IMG/VR virus record: IMGVR_UViG_3300012200_000007
Coordinates: 1-51,831 of that record
DNA from: a virus
Lineage: Duplodnaviria > Caudoviricetes
Direction: 5' to 3' (one strand)
DNA: 51,831 nt
Part shown: positions 39,077 to 47,786 of the stretch, one piece after another
Layout of the letters: every line of letters starts with the position of its first letter
Position numbering within the stretch: the first letter of the stretch is position 1
The notes under the pieces: generated by a model
What the model was told of the DNA's origin: nothing
Seen by the model: only the letters and a program-made list of their open reading frames with translations
Database searches by the model: none
Made by a program: the position numbers and the translations under genes

Positions 39077-39270
39077 GACGGAAGGATTCGTTTCACCGGC
39101 AAAATCGTTTGTTGCATCGGTTGTGAAACGATGACTGCTTTCGCCGCCGACAGCATCCCGAGCGCGATGATTTTGTTCACCGGAGCATTGACGGTCAGGC
39201 TTCCGTCCATCGCCAGCACGATCACGATTTGCTGCGCGCCGTCACCGTTGGTTTGTGGAAGCGGGTTCAT
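39073..39270 (-). CDS. hypothetical protein
   Basis: Coupled by 4-nt overlaps. Confidence 0.5.
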   Translation of the reverse strand: MNPLPQTNGDGAQQIVIVLAMDGSLTVNAPVNKIIALGMLSAAKAVIVSQPMQQTILPVKRILPS

Positions 39271-39434
39271 TCAGCAAAGGATTGTTCATCTGGCTGTGAA
39301 GTATCGAAATCCAATTCACGCAGAGCCACCAAAATAAGATTTTCCCTTACCCGTTCTTCTTCGGATTTTTTTGCGAGCACCGTTTTCCAATCCGTTCCAG
39401 GCTCGGCGAGACATTCCTTGAGTGTCTTCATCAT
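39267..39434 (-). CDS. hypothetical 55-aa protein
   Basis: MMKTLKECLAEPGTDW..., read manually; ATGA overlap with the next gene. Confidence 0.45.
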   Translation of the reverse strand: MMKTLKECLAEPGTDWKTVLAKKSEEERVRENLILVALRELDFDTSQPDEQSFAE

Positions 39435-39439
39435 AACTG

Positions 39440-39757
39440 TCACAACGTTTCATCCAGCCAAATACCGATCCGATCCCCGAACTGTTTCATTGTCCATTCG
39501 CGGAAATTATGCGCGCCTTCGGATTTGAACGCTTGGGTATCCCGAACCATGCGCAAGTGATTCAGAAAGTTTTTCGTGCTCTCAATGCTGACACCGACAA
39601 TCGGAGGCTCGGACGCCCGGACAAGCTGAGTCGGCAACGTAGCCGAACTTGAAACAGCCGGGCCCAGGACAATCGCGCCAAGTTTCATGTCGGCTGGAGG
39701 AGGATTAGCGGTCAGGGCTTTCGCCATGTTCGGAAGTTTAGCGGGCTTTGATCTCAT
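39440..39757 (-). CDS. hypothetical protein
   Basis: Internal ATG of the 212-aa track ORF; the upstream extension is antisense to the repeat tract. Confidence 0.5.
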   Translation of the reverse strand: MRSKPAKLPNMAKALTANPPPADMKLGAIVLGPAVSSSATLPTQLVRASEPPIVGVSIESTKNFLNHLRMVRDTQAFKSEGAHNFREWTMKQFGDRIGIWLDETL

Positions 39758-39775
39758 TCGCAACGGGCAATTTAG

Positions 39776-39805
39776 TTGACAAACCGGAGGCTTCAAAGGT
39801 AAAAA
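39776..39805 (+). promoter_or_regulatory. putative promoter of the RAMP-like island
   Basis: TTGACA-18-TAAAAA. Confidence 0.4.
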
Positions 39806-39905
39806 CGCGACATCGGTTCTACACCCGATGTCTTCACAACATAAATTTGGCACTCGTTTGCGGGTTGGGTTTGCTTCCCAGCTTTCCCGTGTAGAAATCA
39901 ACAAG

Positions 39906-40000
39906 CGGGTGCTTTGCGTCAAGGCGTGTCTCGGTCTGTCTTGCCGGGGTGGTCTATGGTGGGGCTTTGTTGGACTGGGTATGTCGGGGCGCGGTAAGGT
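39906..40000 (+). ncRNA. NN-GGY pentamer tract 0 (putative guide RNA), 19 units
   Basis: All 19 units end in a pyrimidine; 10 have an exact GGY triplet. Confidence 0.65.
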
Positions 40001-40004
40001 TCCC

Positions 40005-40640
40005 ATGTTAAAAACAAAAACAAATCGGCTCACTGAAATTTCTGGTGAGAGTCCAAGCAACGGCGCGGAAACATTCATAGAAATGCAAAGGCCATATCGG
40101 GTTCAAGTTGAACTCGAAGGTATGTGTCCGATGTTGTTTCACCGATGGAATAACGAAAGCGTGGCGGCAAAGGCACGCGCAAAGAAAGGCAGTGATGAGA
40201 AAAAAACTGACGATACGGAAGCGTTCATGTGGAAAGACGAAAGAGGTTTCGTTTGTATTCCAGGCGAATACGTTCGTCAGTCCATTATTCACGCCAGCAA
40301 ATACGAGCAAGACCCGCGTAGTCCAAGAAAGTCCATGATGGATTTGATGAAGGCTGCGCTCGTTTCGTTGACTGAACTGGCGAATCTCGGAGTCAAGCAA
40401 CCGGACTTTATTGACCAGCGGCGAGTCGTGATTCAACGGTCAGCAATCACGCGCTCTAGGCCAGCAATGCGGACTGGTTGGAAAGCGAAGTTTGTTTTGA
40501 TGGTTAATCTTCCAGAATACGTGCCGCCGCAGAAACTAAATCATCTCATTCAACAAGCGGGTCGGATAATCGGATTGGCGGATTTTCGACCATCGTTCGG
40601 AAGATTTTCAGTCGTAAAATTTGAAGTACTTGGCGATTGA
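40005..40640 (+). CDS. stand-alone Cas7/RAMP-like protein (VIPR-like effector candidate)
   Basis: VELEGMCPMLFH first strand, IPGEYVRQSI..A, D.RRVVI...R.RP...W...F, and C-terminal G-rich loop AGRIIGLADFRPSFGRF. Confidence 0.7.
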   Translation: MLKTKTNRLTEISGESPSNGAETFIEMQRPYRVQVELEGMCPMLFHRWNNESVAAKARAKKGSDEKKTDDTEAFMWKDERGFVCIPGEYVRQSIIHASKYEQDPRSPRKSMMDLMKAALVSLTELANLGVKQPDFIDQRRVVIQRSAITRSRPAMRTGWKAKFVLMVNLPEYVPPQKLNHLIQQAGRIIGLADFRPSFGRFSVVKFEVLGD

Positions 40641-40645
40641 TTTAC

Positions 40646-40947
40646 GGGGTCGGGCAGGTTTCGGTCATCTTAGGTGTGGTTGGCCAAACTCCGGTTGTGC
40701 CTGTTTCGGTTTGCTTTGGTCGTGTATGGTTTGTTCTTCGCTCTGGTTTTGTATGGACAGGTGCGCCGATGTAAGTTGAGTTGATGTGGGCTGAGTCCTG
40801 ATCCGGTCAGGCTGGGTTGAGCCTGCTTTGTAATGGACAGGCGAGCTATGGTTCGGGCCAGAAATGGCCGGTGATGTTTGGTAAGGCGAGCCACGTTCCG
40901 GTCAGCTTTGATTGGCCGGGGAGTGCTATGGTCAGGTGAGTTTTGGT
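40646..40947 (+). ncRNA. NN-GGY pentamer tracts 1-3 (putative guide array): 40646-40735, 40743-~40857, ~40863-40947
   Basis: 5-nt period with one register shift near 40736-40742; the variable dinucleotides decode to terL-like peptides. Confidence 0.7.
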
Positions 40948-42812
40948 GCCGGTGCGGGCGATGAGTCCGTGCCGGTTTTTTCTTCAACTAGGTCTTCACC
41001 TGCACCGGCCATCTCGAACCACAACGCCAGATATGCAGCGCACATATACAAATGATCCGCAGCTTTTTCCGATGCCTTTTTCCAACGCAGTTCAATTTGA
41101 TTCGTCGCCGGAACGCGATAAGATTCCAAACTCCACGGCAAAAAATGCGCTTTGAAATCTTCGGACACATCCGCGGGAACCTCATATGTTACATCCTTTC
41201 TAGCACGCAAATGAGCCAAGGCATCCATCGCGCCTGACTGGGAAAAATTCCAAAATTCCGGTTCCTCATTTGGATTTTCTTTGGTCGGTCCTTGCTGCCC
41301 AGGAGCTCGCGGCCAGAGTGGTTCCGGTTCCGACCATGCCCGTTTAACCCCATCCTCGTGAGTAAACAACCTTTCACCGCCCCCTTTAGCGCCATGAATT
41401 TTGATCGCATTGAAGCCGTGTTTGAGACAGAAAAAATAAACGTATCGGTCCTCGCCGAGCCATGAAGCGTCAACCGCAACGCAAATCGGTCGAACAGAAT
41501 GTCTCCGCAACACGTCCAACACTTCACCTTCTGATTCCATCTTTCCCTCCCACACTATCAGACAATTTCCAGATTGATCGCAATCTTGAATGATTCCCCA
41601 AAAATGACTTACTTCATTCAGTTCCTTTCGGCCCGTCTGATAATCCAAAACCGCCAGTCTCCATTTCCTGTCAGGCAATCCTTTACGGTCCTTTTTCCGG
41701 CCTGACAAAACAATCGGCGCCGATTCGGGAATGCGGTCATCGGTCCCGATGAACTGGCACTCGCGTTCCCGTAAATAATTCAACCATGGCAACGGATTAC
41801 CCATGCGGCGCGCGCGCAGCGCCACGTGTTTTTGCCGGATCAAATCCATCCACGAAATGTAATCCACGGATACCGATTCCAACGCGAAACTTTTCCAGCC
41901 GGCCTGCGCGCGTTTGTTCCGAGGTTCTCCGTATCGGCCCGACATAGAAAGTTTCCGGCGTTCGCGCACATCATCGTGAACCAGATAACCGCACGGCATT
42001 TGATAGCGGATCTGTATCTTTGAGTAATCCGGTTCATCGCCTTCTTTACGGTCCCCAAGCTCGTAGCGCAAACCTCCCAGGTGCGGATATTCCTTTTCCC
42101 AGCGCGTTCGCATCACGTGAAACTGCCGGCAACCCGGACACTGAACCTCCCAATGTTGCTGCGTGCCCGACATGAACGCCTGGTGCAATTGATCCCCTTT
42201 CCGGCCGGCGTTGCTGATGTTGAAAACGACGCTGTTCCAAAACGCGGTCGTGCGTCCATAGGCTTGTTCCAATCTTCCAGGAATCCAATTGTCGGCATCG
42301 TGCAGTTCCTCGTTCACCTGCCCGCGAATCGTATCACCCGTCACGCTCCGCTCGGTACTGATTCCCTGAACGATGAAATTAAGGTGCGGAAAAATAACCA
42401 ACCCGTTCGTCCACGCGAACCTGTCAGCCGATGTCCTGGCCATCACCGGAGCGCACGCCAGCAACTTTTTCTCGATGTGCTTTTTCCAGCGCGAATCGGC
42501 GTGCAGATCATTCGGCCAATTGTATTGCACGTCACCGCTCGACCAGTTCGCCAGCCAGAACAGAATCACAATTTCTCCGACCGAAGTTCCACCAGCCTGA
42601 ATCGGTTTGATGAACGTCATCCGCCGTGTCCCGTCGTTCCCGCACTCAATCGGCTCGCGCGTCCAAGGAGTTATGTTCGCGCGAAACTGTTCAGACCTTG
42701 CGGACCCGACCAGTTTAACGTTGGTTTCGGCCCAGTCCACGACCGAAGCCGGCGCGGACTTCGGCACGGCCTCGACCATCTGAGAGAACAGCCATTGCGA
42801 AGCGGCGCTCAC
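40932..42812 (-). CDS. terL: terminase large subunit (lambda GpA-like)
   Basis: DWAE..V.L, TPW.REP, KPIQAGGT, RTTAF, CPGC, nuclease-domain LDYQ...HFW, DHLYMC. Confidence 0.88.
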   Translation of the reverse strand: MSAASQWLFSQMVEAVPKSAPASVVDWAETNVKLVGSARSEQFRANITPWTREPIECGNDGTRRMTFIKPIQAGGTSVGEIVILFWLANWSSGDVQYNWPNDLHADSRWKKHIEKKLLACAPVMARTSADRFAWTNGLVIFPHLNFIVQGISTERSVTGDTIRGQVNEELHDADNWIPGRLEQAYGRTTAFWNSVVFNISNAGRKGDQLHQAFMSGTQQHWEVQCPGCRQFHVMRTRWEKEYPHLGGLRYELGDRKEGDEPDYSKIQIRYQMPCGYLVHDDVRERRKLSMSGRYGEPRNKRAQAGWKSFALESVSVDYISWMDLIRQKHVALRARRMGNPLPWLNYLRERECQFIGTDDRIPESAPIVLSGRKKDRKGLPDRKWRLAVLDYQTGRKELNEVSHFWGIIQDCDQSGNCLIVWEGKMESEGEVLDVLRRHSVRPICVAVDASWLGEDRYVYFFCLKHGFNAIKIHGAKGGGERLFTHEDGVKRAWSEPEPLWPRAPGQQGPTKENPNEEPEFWNFSQSGAMDALAHLRARKDVTYEVPADVSEDFKAHFLPWSLESYRVPATNQIELRWKKASEKAADHLYMCAAYLALWFEMAGAGEDLVEEKTGTDSSPAPAPKLT

Positions 42813-43129
42813 GATTCCGAAGTCTGAACGCTGACAATTGCGTTTCCGATTTTGATTTTTTCCTCGGTCGATTCGATAATCTCATTTGCCTTGTCGAGCG
42901 CTGTCTTGACTGCTTCAGGATCGTTCTTGTCCGCACAAATGTTCGCCGCCACGCATCGCAACGCCAAAGCGTAATAGAGTTGTTTCCAATCCGGTTCGCG
43001 CGGCGTGAACGGTTCCAGTTTGCCAATCGGTAACGGGTTTTTATATGCCTCCGCAATTATTCGATCTGCATGTTGTTCCGGTGTCATCTCGCATCCTTCG
43101 CCTCTCCGTTCCTGGCCAGCAATGACCAT
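42809..43129 (-). CDS. hypothetical protein
   Basis: Between terS and terL; likely start MTPEQ. Confidence 0.5.
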   Translation of the reverse strand: MVIAGQERRGEGCEMTPEQHADRIIAEAYKNPLPIGKLEPFTPREPDWKQLYYALALRCVAANICADKNDPEAVKTALDKANEIIESTEEKIKIGNAIVSVQTSES

Positions 43130-43797
43130 TCGCTCAACAGATGGTTCTTCATTTCGTCGTCGCTCTTAACCAGCTCGTGTTGAATTTGAACCGCGTTCAA
43201 TCCTTCAAGGGCAGGCGGCAAGTCCACGTTGCTACGCTGGTCGAGCATCCGAAAGAAACCCGCCAGCCCGCGCTTGATCGTCTGCGATGCTTCCGATTTT
43301 TCAATCCACATTCCGTCCTCCTGCTCGAATCTGCGCTTCTCCCGCAGCGCGGAAAACTTGCTCTGCATCTCGGTCCAGTTTTCTCCGCGCGATTCAAACA
43401 TGACCTGCAACAATGTCTCCAATGAAATCCGGTTGTCACCACCAGGTCCGAGCAACTTCACTTTGCGCGCCTGCGTGATGACGTCCACCGGAATCCCGGT
43501 CATCGCGGAGCACTGCGCCGCGTTGTCGTAAGTCGGCAGTTTGTCGGCCCGCGAATTGAAATACTTGATAATTCCGAGCAATGCCGGTCCGAGCTGGTAT
43601 CGGCCTTTCACCGTCGCCGCTACGAATCCCTCCCGAACCGCCTGCATGATCCGGCCCTGCGGAACTCCAGTAAGCACGATCAGTTGCGGAAGCGACCGCA
43701 ACCCGGTATCAGAATTGTTTTCCTGCGGTTTGTCCGATTCCGACGCCGGTTTTGAACCAGCTTTACGTGGCGATTTCCGTGCCGGTTTGCGTGCCAT
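43084..43797 (-). CDS. terminase small subunit candidate
   Basis: Two HTH-like segments, then coiled coil and LPPALEGL; upstream of terL. Confidence 0.65.
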   Translation of the reverse strand: MARKPARKSPRKAGSKPASESDKPQENNSDTGLRSLPQLIVLTGVPQGRIMQAVREGFVAATVKGRYQLGPALLGIIKYFNSRADKLPTYDNAAQCSAMTGIPVDVITQARKVKLLGPGGDNRISLETLLQVMFESRGENWTEMQSKFSALREKRRFEQEDGMWIEKSEASQTIKRGLAGFFRMLDQRSNVDLPPALEGLNAVQIQHELVKSDDEMKNHLLSEWSLLARNGEAKDAR

Positions 43798-44103
43798 CCG
43801 CTAACGTTATACTGCCCATTTCGACTTTTCGGAAGCGCATAAACTCACCTCGCAAGTCCACGACCTGTCGGCCGCTGCCACAGGAAAATAGATTCCTTTC
43901 AAAAATATTAGAAGCTGACACCACCGCGCAGGAGCGCCCAAATTTGTGCGCCAATTGACTTGAGACGCGTTTGTTCATTTGAATCGGTTCAATGTTGCGA
44001 CCACTTGTCCGGCTTCAGGCGCGTTTTGTTTCCGGCCGCTGTTCTGAGCCGGTTTGGGCTTTGGAACGCGCTGGGGATTGGCTGGCGGGCGCACAATAGG
44101 GTT

Positions 44104-44637
44104 TTAACGTGACTTTGAATCGGCGGCAAGACTGAACAGATCGTGGTATTGGACGCGATAGGCGAACGGACGAAATATCACGATGGCGGCAGCGAATGGC
44201 CAACTTTGCCCGTTTGAACCTTTGATTCGGCCTTTAAGAAAACGCACTTCGCCTCGTGCAGCATAATCATGCCACCAGTTCACATCCACGCGGGCAGGCA
44301 CGAGACACACAACGAGCGCGCCGCGTTTGCTTTCCTCGAATGCCTTTTTCATCCAGCGTGGCAATTCAGGGCCATACGGAGGATTCATAAACACACGTTC
44401 CATGTTCCAATCCTGTTTCAATCCGTCCTCTTTTGCCGTGTAGAATTTGCGGCACTTCGCCGTCATTGGAACGCAACATGGATCAAGCGTGAAACCGAAT
44501 TCCAGATTGAGCGCATCGAAAACGTATTGCGGAGTCGGCCATGCCATGTCCGCCGAAGAATGAAGCACCCTGCGATTGTGCTCCCGGTCAGAATCAGTTT
44601 CAGATTCAAGACTAAGAACATGGATCGTTTCGCTCAT
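44104..44637 (-). CDS. phage N6-adenine DNA methyltransferase
   Basis: W.TP...FTLDPC...DGL..DW...VFMNPPYG...LVPAR.D..WW...RFLKGRI. Confidence 0.9.
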   Translation of the reverse strand: MSETIHVLSLESETDSDREHNRRVLHSSADMAWPTPQYVFDALNLEFGFTLDPCCVPMTAKCRKFYTAKEDGLKQDWNMERVFMNPPYGPELPRWMKKAFEESKRGALVVCLVPARVDVNWWHDYAARGEVRFLKGRIKGSNGQSWPFAAAIVIFRPFAYRVQYHDLFSLAADSKSR

Positions 44638-45164
44638 TGATTGAATGCCCAATGTTTGCCATGCAGAACATTGTAGATCGTTCCATTGCTCACTCCGAAC
44701 CGTTTTGCTAACGCCTTTTGCGACAGTCCAGGATACAGACTTCTGATTTCCTTCGCTATCGCATTGTCTAGGACAGCTAAATAATGGTTTCTACCGCGCT
44801 TCAATTTTTCGGGATGCGTCCTCGACCCGCTGCGGTCCCCCCTTGCGGTGTTGCCATCTTTTTCCCTGTCCGCCGCGTTATCAGCATCGGTGCCAGTAGC
44901 AAGATGCTGCGGATTGCAGCATATTCTGTTTCCGCAAACAAAGTGACGCACCAACAAGTCTCCAGGGTCTCCGTTCGTTAAAATCCATGCAACACGATGA
45001 GCGTGCAAACTTATGTGACTGTTGATTCCTCGTCGATATTTGAATACTCCGTATCCGTCAGCATCAGTCTGCGCTGTCCACGGCCAACATTGATCCAGAT
45101 TATTACGTAGTACTTTCTCCCAAAACCGATCACTCTGATTCCTTACAGGTCTGCCAGTTCTCAT
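44634..45164 (-). CDS. HNH homing endonuclease
   Basis: RFWEKV, CWPW, GYG, AHRVAW, CGNRICCNPQHL, C-terminal HTH. Confidence 0.9.
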   Translation of the reverse strand: MRTGRPVRNQSDRFWEKVLRNNLDQCWPWTAQTDADGYGVFKYRRGINSHISLHAHRVAWILTNGDPGDLLVRHFVCGNRICCNPQHLATGTDADNAADREKDGNTARGDRSGSRTHPEKLKRGRNHYLAVLDNAIAKEIRSLYPGLSQKALAKRFGVSNGTIYNVLHGKHWAFNQ

Positions 45165-45778
45165 TTTGTTTTGTTGCCCGCATCATTGACGCGGTTTCGG
45201 GCCGTCGTCAACATGTTCCTCTTCGTCTCTGATGATTTCGCGCAACTGCCGTTCGATGTCCGCGAGGCAGAATCGAAAAACAACCAATACAATCGAAGCG
45301 CCAAAAAGGAAACCGGAAAAGAAAATGATCCAGAGATTCATTTTTCAGCAAGACGCTGCGCAGCTTCGTTTGTTGGCCAGTCATGTTCGACGAGCCAGCG
45401 CGTTTCCTCCGGTTGCAGCCAGTTCTTTCGGACATGATTCCAAGTGATGTCCGAGCAGTGTTGTTCCAGGACACGATCGCGAAGGGCTCGGATGTCAGAC
45501 TCGGTTAGTGGTTGTGGTACCATTAGTGAATTCTCTATCAGGCTGATGTTCGATTCGCTGGATTTCATTTCGCATTTGTTTAGCAAGTTCCATCCATAAT
45601 TTCGTTTTCAAAGTAATTTCTTCTTCGAGCGCATCAGCGTACTGTTTGACTGGAACAACCAACGGTCCTCTGAGATAAGCGTATCTGCATTGTTTGAGTA
45701 ATCGTTTTTCCTTCTTCTGATCCGTGCGTTTCTCACACCATTTCGCGACAAGAGATAAAGCCCACTGACTGTTTGGTT

Positions 45779-46042
45779 TCATTCTAGTTCGATGGTGATG
45801 GGCAACAGTGCCGGGTCTTTGTGGGCGCGTTTGAGACGGGCTTCAATCTTCAGGTCGTAAGAATAATCCAATCCTCCAACCTCCACTTCACCAGGCCAAA
45901 CAAGCGCTGTGCGCCGGAGTTTCCTGCGAATGGCTCGCGCCAACAAACAACCGCAGGGCCGTTGGTATTCGATTCCCTTCTCCCAATCCTTGCGTGTGAT
46001 GGTGATTTTCATGGTGCCTTGAGGTTCTGAATGGCATTGCAC
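45779..46042 (-). CDS. hypothetical protein
   Basis: MKITITRKD...C.LARAI.R pattern; likely internal start. Confidence 0.5.
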   Translation of the reverse strand: MQCHSEPQGTMKITITRKDWEKGIEYQRPCGCLLARAIRRKLRRTALVWPGEVEVGGLDYSYDLKIEARLKRAHKDPALLPITIELE

Positions 46043-46788
46043 ACCGTGTCGCGTTCGCCTTTGATCTTCTGCAACTCGGCTCGCAGGCTGTCACGTTCAG
46101 CCGTGAGCGAATCGATGATCCGTTTGCTGCTCTCGGACATTTCGCTGGCGGTCTCTTTGGCCAACCGCAGTTCATTGCGCACCTCAAGCAACTCTCTCAC
46201 GGTTGCAGATCGGGCCCTGCGATGAATATCGGAAGATGCTTTCCATGCGGCTTTGGTTTCTTCAAGTTCCTTCCGCAACTCAGCCGTGACGCTGTCGGCG
46301 TATTGATCGCAAGCTTCACGGATGATCCGCTCCACATTTTCGTTCAATGAAGCCAATCGAACCCGCGTTGCCGCCACAACCCACGGCTCCGGGTTCGACG
46401 TAACCGGCAGCGCAATGCCCATCCTGTTCGCTTCCTCGATGCACTTTAGATGCGCGTATTCAGTGCCCCAATGCAGCACCAACGGATTTTCTGGAGACGG
46501 CACGGCATCAATCTGGCAGAACCGGCAGACGTTACGCCGTTGCGCCTCGGCGACGGAGAGCGGTGGTTTGTCGAGCTTGGGTGTCATATTCTCTTGTTGT
46601 TTTCTCCACTCGTTCCAATCGAATAAATCACTTGACTCACTCATGGCGCAAGCAGCAGGTCGTAAAGCCAGCGGCGGAGTGAGCGGCGTGGAGGTTTCGG
46701 CGGCCGTTGCTGCCATGCCCGGAGTTCGGTCCCGCAGTAATCCTGCCAGCGCACGGCTAAAGAGCAGTACGTGGAAAAACGAGCGCAA
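46009..46788 (-). CDS. hypothetical coiled-coil protein (start probably internal, MSESSD)
   Basis: CRFC...HLKC and a coiled-coil C-terminus. Confidence 0.55.
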   Translation of the reverse strand: MRSFFHVLLFSRALAGLLRDRTPGMAATAAETSTPLTPPLALRPAACAMSESSDLFDWNEWRKQQENMTPKLDKPPLSVAEAQRRNVCRFCQIDAVPSPENPLVLHWGTEYAHLKCIEEANRMGIALPVTSNPEPWVVAATRVRLASLNENVERIIREACDQYADSVTAELRKELEETKAAWKASSDIHRRARSATVRELLEVRNELRLAKETASEMSESSKRIIDSLTAERDSLRAELQKIKGERDTVCNAIQNLKAP

Positions 46789-46904
46789 TGATCGAAATGG
46801 CTGAAGTCACTCGATGGCTTGCAATGCGCGCACGTGTGGCACGACCGCACCGGCGAATTGAGATAGGTCTCGGTCTTCATTTCTTGTACGTATTGTCGTT
46901 TTGG

Positions 46905-47258
46905 TCATCCGCACATCTCGCCAATGGTGCCTTGTGCTTTCGTTTTGGCGCCGGCACCGCGAAGGATACGATCAGCCTCTGCTCGCAACGTGCGTTGAGT
47001 ATCGTTAACAGAGAACATTTCTGCCGTATCGGCTGCATGTCGCAACGCTTCAGCCTGGCACTCCACGAATAGGCGTTCGAGTTCTTCCAGCGTCGGAGGC
47101 GGATCGTGCAGCGACCGCGCAAAGGCCCGGTCCGCGTAATGGCTGGCGGAGTTCATATTTTCTTTCGGTTGATTGAATTCGAATCTGGACTGAACAACCG
47201 GCTGACACGGCGTCCTGTGCGTAAACCAGGCCTCGCCGCAGTTGGGACAACAGTTCAT
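46905..47258 (-). CDS. hypothetical protein
   Basis: ATGA-coupled ORF. Confidence 0.45.
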   Translation of the reverse strand: MNCCPNCGEAWFTHRTPCQPVVQSRFEFNQPKENMNSASHYADRAFARSLHDPPPTLEELERLFVECQAEALRHAADTAEMFSVNDTQRTLRAEADRILRGAGAKTKAQGTIGEMCG

Positions 47259-47524
47259 GGCGCAGGCGGGCGGTTGGTGGTGATGGCGTTCGTAGACACG
47301 TAACCAAGATCGGTTTGCATCTTCAGAATGACATCGGTAATGCGTTCAACGTACTCGAAATATTTGCGTTGACTGGCTTCGACCGATTGCAGGCGCTTCT
47401 CAATGGAGTCAAGACGATGATTATGATAGAAATTCCAAATCACCAGCACAGTTAAAGTTCCAAGCACCAGCAATGGGATTCCGAAGTCAACCCTGATGCG
47501 TTCGTTGTTCATGGATGTCCTCAA
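47255..47524 (-). CDS. single-TM coiled-coil protein
   Basis: FGIPLLVLGTLTVLVIW. Confidence 0.55.
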   Translation of the reverse strand: MRTSMNNERIRVDFGIPLLVLGTLTVLVIWNFYHNHRLDSIEKRLQSVEASQRKYFEYVERITDVILKMQTDLGYVSTNAITTNRPPAP

Positions 47525-47786
47525 ACTCGCGCAGCATCGACTTCACTTCCTCAATACATTCACGGCACATTCGCATCTCGAATCCGCCGTTGTGCCTGGG
47601 TGAAATAACAAGCACCTTGTCGCCAACCGACCATCGACGGCACGAAATGCAGGTTCCAACATAGTGCGCCATTCGCCATTGAAGTTCCGGACCTTCGTTC
47701 ATACTAAATCAATCTGCGGCTCGCACGTTCAACCCGTCGGAGGTGCCCGACACAAGAAGATTGCCGCCGCACGACGCAGGAAATAG

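Noticed and set aside
39828-40004. 59-aa N-terminal extension of the RAMP-like ORF
   Set aside because: It is a read-through of the pentamer tract (G/L/C-rich); the ATG at 40005 is the more plausible start.
40748-40842. Repeated tttgta(a)tggacagg as a CRISPR-like repeat or unit boundary
   Set aside because: There are only two short copies, and the second falls inside the continuous decoded peptide (L-I-Q), so it is not a clear delimiter.
40670-40987. 105-aa minus-strand ORF, and the extension of 39440..40078
   Set aside because: Both are antisense translations of the pentamer tracts (P/R/T/H-rich).
41768-41790. Sense decoding of tract 1 (PWLSFLR) against terL PWLNYLR
   Set aside because: Only 4/7 dinucleotides match and the flanks do not; the opposite-strand match at 41676-41699 is better.
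43800-44100. cos/pac site upstream of terS
   Set aside because: The position fits, but I cannot support a specific sequence.
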